Below, in pieces: positions 1-8,504 of a DNA stretch of 64,000 bases. The notes beneath the pieces are model-generated. The model searched no databases. It was not told the origin of the DNA and saw only the letters and a list, made by a program, of their open reading frames with translations. The stretch lies in NCBI GenBank assembly GCA_963735035.1, contig CAVTJJ010000004.1:1-64000 (forward strand), in the 5' to 3' direction. Origin of the DNA: an uncultured candidate division Zixibacteria bacterium. Lineage in GTDB: Bacteria; Zixibacteria; MSB-5A5; GN15; FEB-12. The number at the start of each line of letters is the position of its first letter. Position 1 is the stretch's first letter. The translations under genes and the position numbers were made by a program.

Positions 1-41
1 CTGACGCCACCTCGGTTCAAGTTTCAAAGAGCGCTTACTCT

Positions 42-345
42 GTCAGGCTGAGCCTGTCGAAGCCCGACATCCAATCATCGTCATGCCCCGGCTCCCTTTA
101 GTCATGCCCCGGCTCGACCTTGGGTCATGCCCCGGCTTGACCGGGGCTGCCAAGGGTTGTGGGCGACTCACGTAGGGCAGAACCCCTGGGCCTGCACGCC
201 GCGGCGAGGTTCTGCCATCTATTCAACATGCGTAGGTCAGGCGGACTTGACGCCTGACACTGCCATCAAGATGTCAGGCCCCAAGTAGGCCTGACCTACA
301 AGGCTTTCGACTGATCTGTGGGCGGCAGACGTCCTCGTCTGCCCC
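42..345. repeat. Mosaic cluster of REP-like palindromes
   Basis: GTCAGGCTGAGCCTGTCGAAGCCC, three TCATGCCCCGGCT half-units, GTAGGGCAGAACCCC..GGTTCTGCC, the GTAGGTCAGG..CCTGACCTAC doublet and GTGGGCGGCAGACG..CGTCTGCC; each recurs elsewhere in the window. Confidence 0.85.
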
Positions 346-685
346 ATTCACCTTCGGCCAAAAAGTCCCTACGCATCTCAAACTACCACTCCCGCAGGCT
401 GTTGTCAAATGCCGGATAGACAGCCCCTAACCCCATGCCCCACCGGGGTAACCGGAAATCTGCTTGACCAAACCTGATCAAACGGGTATTCTTTGACAAG
501 ACAGAGACATTTTCCAGCTTTGGATTTTCACTACTTACCGTAGTCGTTTGCGACGCACATGATTTCGCGACGCGCGGGGTCGGCGTCACACACTATCATT
601 GCTTCAGGCTGTTCTCGCTTATGGAGCCGGTCTTGTCAAACGTAGAAATCTATTTTGTGGCATAATTAGAACCAAGGAGAAACGT

Positions 686-2584
686 ATGAAACTGTTCACC
701 GTACTTCTATCGGCGTTGTTTATTCTGACAGCCGCACTCGTATCGGCATCAGACGTGCCCCGGCTGCTCAGCTATCAGGGTACTCTGACTAACGGTTCCG
801 GCACGCCGTTGTCTAATGCGACGGTCACGGTTCAGTTCACCATCTACGATGACATGAACGGCGGGAATATCAAATGGACCGAAGCCCAAAGCGTCACCAC
901 CGACGCCAGCGGGTTGTTCGCCGTGCTTCTCGGCAGCAGCACCCCGGTTCCGGATACGGCGTTTAGCGGCGTTAGTCGCTGGTTGAGTGTGAGAGTTGGG
1001 GCTGATCCTGAAATGAATCCGAGAATGAGAATCGTGTCGACCGCTTATGCCTATCAGGCGTTGCGGGCGGACACCGCTCAGTTCGCTCTCGGCGTGGCGG
1101 GCTCGCACTGGCTGGTGGTGGATTCTGTTTTGTACACGGATCATCTTCTGGGTCTGGCGCGCGGCAATGCCGGCAATGCCATCTACGGAAATGACAAGTA
1201 CGCTTCGGTTAATTTCGGCGTCGCCTGCACCACCGGCACGTCCGGACAGTACTGGAGCGCGGCCACGGTAACCGGAGGACAAGACAACACTGCAGGAGGC
1301 TACGGCAGCTTCATCGGCGGGGGTAGCCATAATCAGGCTACGGCCGAGCACAGTCTCGTCACAGGCGGTGCGAACAACAGTTCGACAGGACAATGGAGTA
1401 CGGTAGGGGGCGGCTGGCAGAACATAGCCGGAAGTTACGGCACCTCTGTCGGTGGCGGCACCAACAGTGCGGCCTGGGCCACATTCGGTGGTGTGGCTGC
1501 GGGATATTACAATCAGGCCGGTGATGACTATGCCGACACGGCTGCTTTCGTAGGTGGCGGTAACAACAACCGGGTGACCGCCAAATACAGCACGATCGGC
1601 GGCGGCAAGGACAATTCGGTCAGCAACTTCTGGTCAACTATCGGCGGCGGAAATCAGAATAACGCCAGCGGCTGGACTTCTACTATCGGCGGCGGCGTGT
1701 GGAACACGGCCACAGCCGACAACGCTTCTGTCGGCGGCGGTTTCCAGAATGCGGCCGGCGGACCGATTTCTACTATTGGCGGCGGATACCAAAACCGCAC
1801 CTCCGGTGCTAACTGTGTCGTGGCGGGAGGCGCCAATAACCTCGCCTCGGGTTGGAACGCCACGGTCGGCGGCGGATATCTCGATTCCGCCACTGGTGAT
1901 ATCAGTGTTGTCGCGGGCGGTCTCGACAACACCGCCTCAGGATACGGCGCCGTGGTAGGTGGCGGCGAAGCTCATGTCAACGCGGGCGGATATTCGGTTA
2001 TCCCGGGTGGAGCGAATGACACTCTGGGCACGGGGGCTTACTATTCCTTCCTCTTCGGCTACCAGTCGTACCTGAATACCAACTACCAGGCCGTCTTCTT
2101 CAACGGCCGCAATCCAGGTCGGCTCGGCATCAATCGTGACGATCGTGACGGCGGTATCTGGTATCCGATTCATGTCGGCACCAACACCAGCAACGGCAAC
2201 GGCGCTTATCTGACTCCGGGCGGAGTCTGGACCAGCACCAGTTCGAAGGAAACCAAGGAAGGGTTCGAGCCGGTCGACAGTCGCGAACTGCTCGAGAAAC
2301 TGGCCGACCTTCCGGTGGAATCGTGGCAGTACAAGAATAGCACCGAACGCCACATCGGCCCGGTCGCCGAAGATTTCACGTCGGCGTTTGACGTCGGCAC
2401 CACGAACGAAGACGGCACCCGCGACAGTCTGCATATTTCTTCCAACGATGTCGCCGGCGTGGCGTTGGTAGCCATCAAGGAACTGTATCAGCAGAATCGC
2501 GATCTGGTAAAGCAGAACGCCGAGTTGAGTAGCCAACTCAAAGAGCTGGATCAGAAAGTAAGAGAGCTACAGGCTCGTAAGTAG
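686..2584 (+). CDS. Secreted fibre-like protein with GGGxxNxA repeats and C-terminal intramolecular chaperone (peptidase S74-like) domain
   Basis: AAGGAG RBS before ATG 686; signal peptide; VPRLLSYQGTL N-domain; many IGGGxxNxA beta-roll repeats; SS...KE..., W.YK, HIGPVAEDF motif followed by a coiled coil. Confidence 0.8.
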   Translation: MKLFTVLLSALFILTAALVSASDVPRLLSYQGTLTNGSGTPLSNATVTVQFTIYDDMNGGNIKWTEAQSVTTDASGLFAVLLGSSTPVPDTAFSGVSRWLSVRVGADPEMNPRMRIVSTAYAYQALRADTAQFALGVAGSHWLVVDSVLYTDHLLGLARGNAGNAIYGNDKYASVNFGVACTTGTSGQYWSAATVTGGQDNTAGGYGSFIGGGSHNQATAEHSLVTGGANNSSTGQWSTVGGGWQNIAGSYGTSVGGGTNSAAWATFGGVAAGYYNQAGDDYADTAAFVGGGNNNRVTAKYSTIGGGKDNSVSNFWSTIGGGNQNNASGWTSTIGGGVWNTATADNASVGGGFQNAAGGPISTIGGGYQNRTSGANCVVAGGANNLASGWNATVGGGYLDSATGDISVVAGGLDNTASGYGAVVGGGEAHVNAGGYSVIPGGANDTLGTGAYYSFLFGYQSYLNTNYQAVFFNGRNPGRLGINRDDRDGGIWYPIHVGTNTSNGNGAYLTPGGVWTSTSSKETKEGFEPVDSRELLEKLADLPVESWQYKNSTERHIGPVAEDFTSAFDVGTTNEDGTRDSLHISSNDVAGVALVAIKELYQQNRDLVKQNAELSSQLKELDQKVRELQARK

Positions 2585-2614
2585 ACCACGCTACGAATGG
2601 TAAAGGAGATTAGA

Positions 2615-3145
2615 ATGCGATTCAAATCGATACTACCGTACGCGGCCGTGGTTGTCATGCTGGCGGCACCGCTGGCGCGCGCCGAAGATGATACGTCGCT
2701 GCCGACTGCGGCCCCCGACTCGGGTGAGCGTATCAACCGTCAGGTGATGGCGTCGGGCGGCGCTGTGAACCTGAGTTCGGCGAATTATCATATGAGCGCG
2801 ACCGCCGGGCAGACCTCAGTCGGTCGCGCCGCGTCGGCGAATTACCGGGGCAATTTCGGCTTCTGGCAGACCCTGCATGCCCCCGGCTGTTGTAACGGCC
2901 GCGTCGGCGACGCCAACGGCATTGGCGGCGATGAACCGACTATCGGCGATGTCTCGAGCATGATTGATGCGAAGTTCATCTCGGGATCGTGCACAGGTGT
3001 GATTGCATGTCTGTCTGAGGCCGACATCAATCAAACTGGCGGTGCCAACCCGACCTGTGATGACATCACGATCGGTGACATCTCGATACTGATTGATTAC
3101 TTGTTTATCACGGGCCCGACACTCGGCCTGCACAATTGCCTGTGA
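2615..3145 (+). CDS. Secreted protein with a SGG..GQT..GFW domain and a Cys-rich dockerin-like C-terminus
   Basis: AAGGAG RBS; signal peptide; GCCNGRVGDANG..IGDVS / ADINQ..IGDISILIDYLF duplicated Ca-binding loop. Confidence 0.75.
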   Translation: MRFKSILPYAAVVVMLAAPLARAEDDTSLPTAAPDSGERINRQVMASGGAVNLSSANYHMSATAGQTSVGRAASANYRGNFGFWQTLHAPGCCNGRVGDANGIGGDEPTIGDVSSMIDAKFISGSCTGVIACLSEADINQTGGANPTCDDITIGDISILIDYLFITGPTLGLHNCL

Positions 3146-3179
3146 TGTATGTAGTGTGTGTACGGTGATGCCTCCTCTT

Positions 3180-3726
3180 TGTCTTGCCCCGGTTTAGCCG
3201 GGGGACCCAAGGGTTGAGTAAACCGTGCCCGGCAGATGTCCACATCTGCCGACTTATGTGCATATACCGCATGTACTGTCATGCCCCGGCGTCTCTTCTC
3301 TGTCTTGCCCCGGCTTGACCGGGGCACACAAATTTGATCGGCAGGCCTCTGTGCCTGCCGTCCGGGTGGCCCACCATTTATGGTGGGATGGAACATTACG
3401 GAGCGCAAGCTCTGTCACCCCGGTGTAAGGGCTTGTTGAAAAACTCCCCCGAATGTTGTTGCGTCAGGTCTTGCGCCGCCACAGGCGGCGTGTGACCTGA
3501 CACGTTGCAGCGACTTAGGGAATCACCATCTTGCGTGGAATGATACGAATTGAGCCAAGACAGGCTTTTTCAACACTCCCGTAAACCGGGGCCCAGTTGT
3601 GTTGGAAAGAACGCCGACGCCAATGTTCGAGCTCTCACAGCGAAGGGAGAAGTCGGTCATGGCGGCATTAACTTAGCGATCACAACTGGGTCCTGGCTTC
3701 CGCCAGAATTACGGGACTGGCGTCCC
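3180..3726. repeat. REP cluster including a ~165-bp composite repeat homologous to 52746-52910 (reverse) and partly to 14413-14560
   Basis: Direct sequence comparison: TCTGTCACCCCGGTGTAAACCGGGGCCCAGTT ... AACTGGGTC(C/T)TGGCTTCCGCCAG. Confidence 0.85.
3429..3580. mobile_element. 152-bp MITE with 15-bp TIRs and 4-bp GTAA target duplication
   Basis: GGGCTTGTTGAAAAA versus reverse complement GGGAGTGTTGAAAAA (13/15 identical); GTAA at 3425-3428 and 3581-3584; empty allele at ~52877-52905. Confidence 0.85.
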
Positions 3727-3844
3727 ATTTCAAGACCCCACCCGCAAGTAACTATGATACTGTTCGTGATTTGAGCCTCTGTTCGGACAAGGTATCGTAT
3801 CGTGGTCTGAAGACAACGATAGATCCTTAGAACAGGAGGCTCAG

Positions 3845-4903
3845 ATGAGAAGGTACGAAGTTGGAGCGGAAGTGGGAAGTGCTGTTTTTGTTGGCGTGGA
3901 TGTTCACAAGCGTCAGTGGTTTGTCACGGTGAGGACGTTAGAAGTGGAACTGTTCTGTGGCAGCATTAACGGGGATTGGGCGTCTTTGCGGTGTTTGCTG
4001 GATCGGTATGATCCTGGGTGTGTGTCCGTGGTTTACGAGGCGGGTTTTTCTGGTTTTTGGCTGCACGACTGTGTGGTAGCGTGGGGTGGTCAGTGCGTAG
4101 TAACGCCGCCGAGCTTGGTGCCGATGGCCTACGGTAATCGGGTGAAGACGGACAAGCGGGATAGCCGGAAGCTGGCCTGGTTGCTGTCGTTAGGGTTGTT
4201 GAAGAAGGTCTGGGTTCCGGATGAGAGTCAGCGGGGTCACCGAGAGGTCTTACGTCGTCGTCGTCAATTGGTTCAAGATCGGGTACGTCTTCAGAGTCGG
4301 ATCAAATCGGAGTTGGCCTTATATGGTATTTCAGTGTGCAGTGGGACGGGTCGGTGGACCGGTCCGTTATTAGAGCGTCTGAGACAGGTGTGTTTGGCAG
4401 ATGTCTGGGCTCAGGCGAGCTACGAGCGGTTGTTGGAGATGTACGATCTGGTAAGTAACCAGCTGGCGTTGCAGACACGACTGTTGCGGGAGTTGTCACG
4501 ACTGCCACAGTATCGTGATCGAGTTCGGCTGTTAAGTAGCGTTCCCGGCATAGGGGTTATTACGGCGATGGCTCTGCTGTTGGAATTGCATGAGGTCGGT
4601 CGTTTTGGACGGGCTGAGCAATTGGCGGCTTATGTGGGACTGACACCTTCGCAGTATTCCAGCGGTGATCATGTCCGGATGGGTCGGATTACCGGCACGG
4701 GCAACAGCTATCTTCGGGGCTTGTTAGTGGAATCGTCCTGGATTGCCGTTCGGAAGGACCCACACTTACAACTGGTCTATAACCGGATCAAGCAACGTGC
4801 CGGCGGCAAACGAGCCATAGTGGCGGTAGCTCGACGACTGGTCTTGGCAGTCAGGCGGGTTCTGCTTGATAACGTTGCCTATGAGCCGTGTGCGGCCGCC
4901 TAA
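3845..4903 (+). CDS. IS110 family transposase/recombinase (DEDD RuvC-like + Tnp20 domain)
   Basis: GVDVHK, YEAG, KTDKRDS, VPGIG, LAAYVGLTPSQYSSG, AIVAVARRL motifs; AGGAGG RBS. Confidence 0.96.
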   Translation: MRRYEVGAEVGSAVFVGVDVHKRQWFVTVRTLEVELFCGSINGDWASLRCLLDRYDPGCVSVVYEAGFSGFWLHDCVVAWGGQCVVTPPSLVPMAYGNRVKTDKRDSRKLAWLLSLGLLKKVWVPDESQRGHREVLRRRRQLVQDRVRLQSRIKSELALYGISVCSGTGRWTGPLLERLRQVCLADVWAQASYERLLEMYDLVSNQLALQTRLLRELSRLPQYRDRVRLLSSVPGIGVITAMALLLELHEVGRFGRAEQLAAYVGLTPSQYSSGDHVRMGRITGTGNSYLRGLLVESSWIAVRKDPHLQLVYNRIKQRAGGKRAIVAVARRLVLAVRRVLLDNVAYEPCAAA

Positions 4904-5113
4904 GATAACCAAGGAGTCGGAACCGTACCAAGCTAACGCGAGAACAGCGACCCACCCGCTGTGGCTCGGGCCAACCGAGACCACGTCCGCAAGTCTGCTG
5001 CCTCGCCAGGTCACGAGCGGATACATTGCCTGTGGCGCTGCCAGTCAGCGACCACGAATAGCAGACTGGTTCGAGTCCTATGCCTGAACAGAAAGCCCTT
5101 GACACAGTACATA
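4904..5113 (+). ncRNA. Candidate bridge RNA / seekRNA
   Basis: ~210-nt structured non-coding end downstream of the IS110 transposase; contains CCCACCCGCTG (4951-4961) matching the target site and ATAGCA (5058-5063) matching the donor junction. Confidence 0.65.
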
Positions 5114-5184
5114 GCAGCGGGTGGGCCACCCACCGCGGCGAGGTTTCGACACTCACGGCGGCAGAACCACCAATGGGTTCTGCC

Positions 5185-5676
5185 CTACTTGTCGAACATG
5201 TCCGCTTCCGAGTCGATCACTCTTGTACCGGCTAAGTAATCGTGGAGGCACCTTCGCTCCCTTCCGAAGATGAACAAGATATCCGCTACCGCAAACAAAC
5301 TGCCGGCGAAAGGAACCGCGTACATGAATGATGGCACGGCATACCGAAGTCCCGCGGTTCGAGCCAGGCTTGGAGTCTCTCCGGTGAGAAGAACGATTCT
5401 CGTTTTCACAAGATACTTGCCGATTGTCTGTCCTCTCTTGTGCAGCAGGTATCCGTGTAATGAAAGAAATACTGCGAGACCGAATGTTGCCCATGCAATC
5501 GACTTAGCCAGTGTCGGATCGGTATCGAACTCCAACCACCCGCTGAGCAACATGGCCACGCCTATCGGTGCTTGAATTAAGCCATCAAGAAGTGCTCCCC
5601 CAAGCCTCTTTCCCCGGCTTGCTAATTGCGGGTAGTCACCGACCGCACTACTGATGCCTTCCAGTTCTCGCTTCAT
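5185..5676 (-). CDS. RDD family membrane protein
   Basis: LASRGKRLGGALLD, GQTIGK, R.LHDYLAGTRV motifs. Confidence 0.9.
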   Translation of the reverse strand: MKRELEGISSAVGDYPQLASRGKRLGGALLDGLIQAPIGVAMLLSGWLEFDTDPTLAKSIAWATFGLAVFLSLHGYLLHKRGQTIGKYLVKTRIVLLTGETPSLARTAGLRYAVPSFMYAVPFAGSLFAVADILFIFGRERRCLHDYLAGTRVIDSEADMFDK

Positions 5677-5979
5677 TGATTGGGACCTCGCGAGGTAATA
5701 TATCGCCAGTTGTCTCTTTTTCCAAGCTGATTTTCTTCTCCTGAAGGTGCACAGACTAAGTTGTTTCGCCTAGCTGTTGACATATGTTCTCGTACGCAAG
5801 CGAAGACGTGGTGGACGAGGACGCCCACCACGCACACAAATAAACGAAGGCCGGACAAGAATTTGTCCGGCCTGGGACGGGCCTTGCTGATAAGGCCCGG
5901 TCTGTTTTGGTTGCGCAGTAGATGTGGGCATCTACCGGCCACTTCATGTGAGCCTGCCACTGAGGACCGGCCGTAAGTT

Positions 5980-6933
5980 CTACGCGCCCCCCGACCCCGC
6001 CGTTGGTGATTTCTTGGCCGGCTCAGGGCTGTTTGTTTTGATCCCTTCCACCATCGCCGACAACGCCGACATAATCCCGCTCGCCTCATACGGCATGAAG
6101 ATCTTGTTGGCGGTTCCCTGCGCCAGATGCGGCAACATCTCCAAATACTTGAGTGTTATCAGCTTGTCGTCCGGCTGACCCTCGTGGATAGCGCCAAAAA
6201 CGGTCGCGATCGCTTGCCCCTCACCCTCGGCCACCGCAATCTGACGGTAGCGCTCGGCATCAGCCCGCCGCCTGACCGCCTCGGCGCCGCCCTCAGCTTC
6301 GAGAATCTGCGCCAGTTTGGAGCCCTCAGCCTTGGTAATTTCCGACTGCTTCAGCGCCTCGGCGTCGAGAATCGTGGCGCGCTTGTCACGCTCGGCTTTC
6401 ATCTGACGGCTCATAGCGTCGGTGATGTCGGCCGGCGGGTCAATGCGCTGCAGTTCGATTCGGTTGACCTTCACGCCCCACTTGTCGGTGGCCGTGTCCA
6501 TCACATTGCGCAGTTGCAGGTTGATCTGATCGCGCGACGACAGACAGGCGTCCAGATCCATTTCGCCGATCACGTTACGCAGGTTGGTCTGCGCCAGTTT
6601 GGTGGCGGCGTGAACATAGTTGTAAATTTCATAGCGCGAGCGGAACGGATCGGTCACCTGGAAATAGATGATCGCGTCGACTTCAACACCGACGTTGTCC
6701 TTGGTGATCACCAGTTGCGCGGGCACGTCGATCACCACCTCGCGCATATCAACTTTGGCGACCGTGTCAAAAAATGGCAGGATCAGGTTGAGCCCCGGGT
6801 CGAGCACCCGCTGGAACTTGCCCAGCCGTTCCACCAGGCCCTTTTCGTACGGCCGGATGATTCGCACCGACATGGTAACCAGCGCGAACGACAGTACGAC
6901 GATGACTCCTATCAGTATGGTGATTTCAGGCAC
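5980..6933 (-). CDS. SPFH/band 7 (QmcA/stomatin-like) protein
   Basis: N-terminal TM helix, VERLGKF, VITKDNV, QMKAERDKRA motifs. Confidence 0.95.
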   Translation of the reverse strand: MPEITILIGVIVVLSFALVTMSVRIIRPYEKGLVERLGKFQRVLDPGLNLILPFFDTVAKVDMREVVIDVPAQLVITKDNVGVEVDAIIYFQVTDPFRSRYEIYNYVHAATKLAQTNLRNVIGEMDLDACLSSRDQINLQLRNVMDTATDKWGVKVNRIELQRIDPPADITDAMSRQMKAERDKRATILDAEALKQSEITKAEGSKLAQILEAEGGAEAVRRRADAERYRQIAVAEGEGQAIATVFGAIHEGQPDDKLITLKYLEMLPHLAQGTANKIFMPYEASGIMSALSAMVEGIKTNSPEPAKKSPTAGSGGA

Positions 6934-6957
6934 GACAGACTCCTTCTATGCTAACAC

Positions 6958-7386
6958 TCACTCGAAACTTTCCACTACCAGACGGGTGCCGGACACCGCC
7001 TTGACTTTCACTTTGGCGTTGACGCCAAAAGCCCGGTCGGCGGTCGCTCGCCAAGTTTCACCCTCGAACCGGACTTTGCCCTCCGTATCGGGACCGACCG
7101 TCTCGGTGACTGTCGCCACCCGGCCGATCATGCGATCAACGTTGGACAGTTCCGGCGACGGTTTCGAAATCTTGCGGGCGAACCGGCGCGTAAACGGAAT
7201 GAGCGCGCTCGACAGCACGGCGAAGACCGCCATCTGCCAGTAATACCATTCCGGCCAGATCTGGGCCATGATAGCCGCGACGATCGCGCCTATGACGAAG
7301 CAGATGAAGATCATAGTCGGCGTGGCCAGTTCGAGAATCAAAAAGACGCCCGCCGCAGCCAGCCAGATCCAAAAGAGGTTTTCCAT
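6958..7386 (-). CDS. NfeD-family (YbbJ-like) membrane protein
   Basis: Hydrophobic N-terminus, GKVRFEGETWRA OB-fold; canonical partner upstream of SPFH gene. Confidence 0.9.
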   Translation of the reverse strand: MENLFWIWLAAAGVFLILELATPTMIFICFVIGAIVAAIMAQIWPEWYYWQMAVFAVLSSALIPFTRRFARKISKPSPELSNVDRMIGRVATVTETVGPDTEGKVRFEGETWRATADRAFGVNAKVKVKAVSGTRLVVESFE

Positions 7387-7641
7387 CCGCAATCCTTTCG
7401 ACAAATTCTACTTGTCCGCGCGGTGCGGACTCGTTCATTGGCATTACCAGAGATTCCCGGCGGTATTCGATCCGACCGGACGCAAAACGAAACGGCGACT
7501 ACGCCGGGGCAGTCAACTTAAAACGGGCCATTGACATAGCCATCTGAATGGGATTCGGAAGAGATGCCCGGCGGTTGAGTCAGAGCCTGCCCCCGTCTTG
7601 ATCGAGGGTCCTGCGGATTTCATGGCATCGGTGTGCACCGA

Positions 7642-7885
7642 GGTTGCGTCAGGTCCTGCTCACGAGTCCGCCGGAGGCGGGCGAGCGAGTGTGACCTGAC
7701 GCTTCTTCGCTTCCACCAACATCGTAAAGTGGTTGCGTCAGGTCCTGATCGCGAGTCCTCCATGGGAGGACGAGCGAGTGTGACCTGACGCCTTGACCCG
7801 TCAGTTTACATCAACGCTTACGCAGGTTGCGTCAGGTCCTGCTCACGAGTCCGCCGGAGGCGGGCGAGCGAGTGTGACCTGACGC
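7642..7885 (+). repeat. Three direct 61-bp REP copies (7642-7702, 7731-7791, 7825-7885) upstream of RAYT
   Basis: GGTTGCGTCAGGTC...GTGTGACCTGACGC hairpins separated by 28- and 33-bp unique spacers. Confidence 0.92.
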
Positions 7886-7922
7886 CTTGATGTTGGGCCC
7901 AACATATCACTATATTGATTCC

Positions 7923-8408
7923 ATGGGACTCCGTTTTCGGGATCAAGTGAATGGCTCTTGTTTCTTCGTCACCACCAGTTTCCATCAACGTCAACGATTC
8001 GGTGATGTGCCGGGAGTATATGAAGCTCTAGCAGACTCCTTGCGCTACTATATCGCAAAATACCAAACCTTACTCCCGGCCTACGTTTTCATGCCAACCC
8101 ACATCCATCTCTTACTCATGATAGATGGCGGCCGCTTGGGCCCGTTCATGAGAGATTTCAAGAAGTTTGTTTCTCAGAAGAGTTCGAGGGATTGTGGTTT
8201 TTCTACAACTCCGTTTTGGCAGCCTCGATACGATCGAGTAGTCATTGAAACTGAAAGTTCGTTTCGCCAGAAGTTAGAGTACATTCATCAAAATCCGGTC
8301 AAAGCCGGATTGACCGGAGAACCCAACTCTTGGAACTGGTCTTCCGCGCCAGCGTATCTCTTTTCTGTGCCCGGGACCGTTCCAGTCTGGAAGGATTGGC
8401 ATTTCTAA
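7923..8408 (+). CDS. REP-associated tyrosine transposase (RAYT/TnpA-REP, IS200-like HUH)
   Basis: FFVTT, YVFMPTHIHLL (HUH), FWQPRY, YIHQNPVKAGL, WNWSS; flanked by inverted REPs. Confidence 0.92.
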   Translation: MGLRFRDQVNGSCFFVTTSFHQRQRFGDVPGVYEALADSLRYYIAKYQTLLPAYVFMPTHIHLLLMIDGGRLGPFMRDFKKFVSQKSSRDCGFSTTPFWQPRYDRVVIETESSFRQKLEYIHQNPVKAGLTGEPNSWNWSSAPAYLFSVPGTVPVWKDWHF

Positions 8409-8417
8409 GTGAATTGG

Positions 8418-8462
8418 GCGTCAGGTCACACCCGCCTTTGGCGGGCAGGACCTGACGCAACC
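8418..8462 (-). repeat. Inverted REP copy downstream of RAYT
   Basis: GCGTCAGGTCACAC..CAGGACCTGACGCAACC is the reverse complement of the upstream REP ends. Confidence 0.92.
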
Positions 8463-8504
8463 ATCGAACGTGATTAGGAAAGAACGACTGAGGAGTTCAC
8501 AGAT

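Larger units (their letters stand above)
3744..5116 (+). mobile_element. IS110-family (IS1111-like) insertion sequence
   Basis: Transposase, imperfect subterminal IRs (CTATGATACTGT / ACAGTACATAG), long 3' non-coding end, GCA core at both ends. Confidence 0.85.

Noticed and set aside
396..505. Second MITE (CTGTTGTCAAA / TTTGACAAGACAG)
   Set aside because: The inverted repeat is short and gapped; no target duplication or second copy seen.
686..2584. Prophage tail-fibre gene
   Set aside because: Has a Sec signal peptide and no phage structural or integrase genes in the window.
5673..6954. Long overlapping or antisense ORFs (e.g. 5673-6089, 6127-6954; similarly 749-1393, 25278-26213, 57240-57965)
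   Set aside because: Shadow frames of GC-rich genes or translated repeats, with no recognisable motifs.
7642..7885. CRISPR array
   Set aside because: Repeats are 61 bp, longer than the spacers; there is an inverted copy beyond the RAYT gene, dispersed copies elsewhere, and no cas genes. Better explained as REPs.
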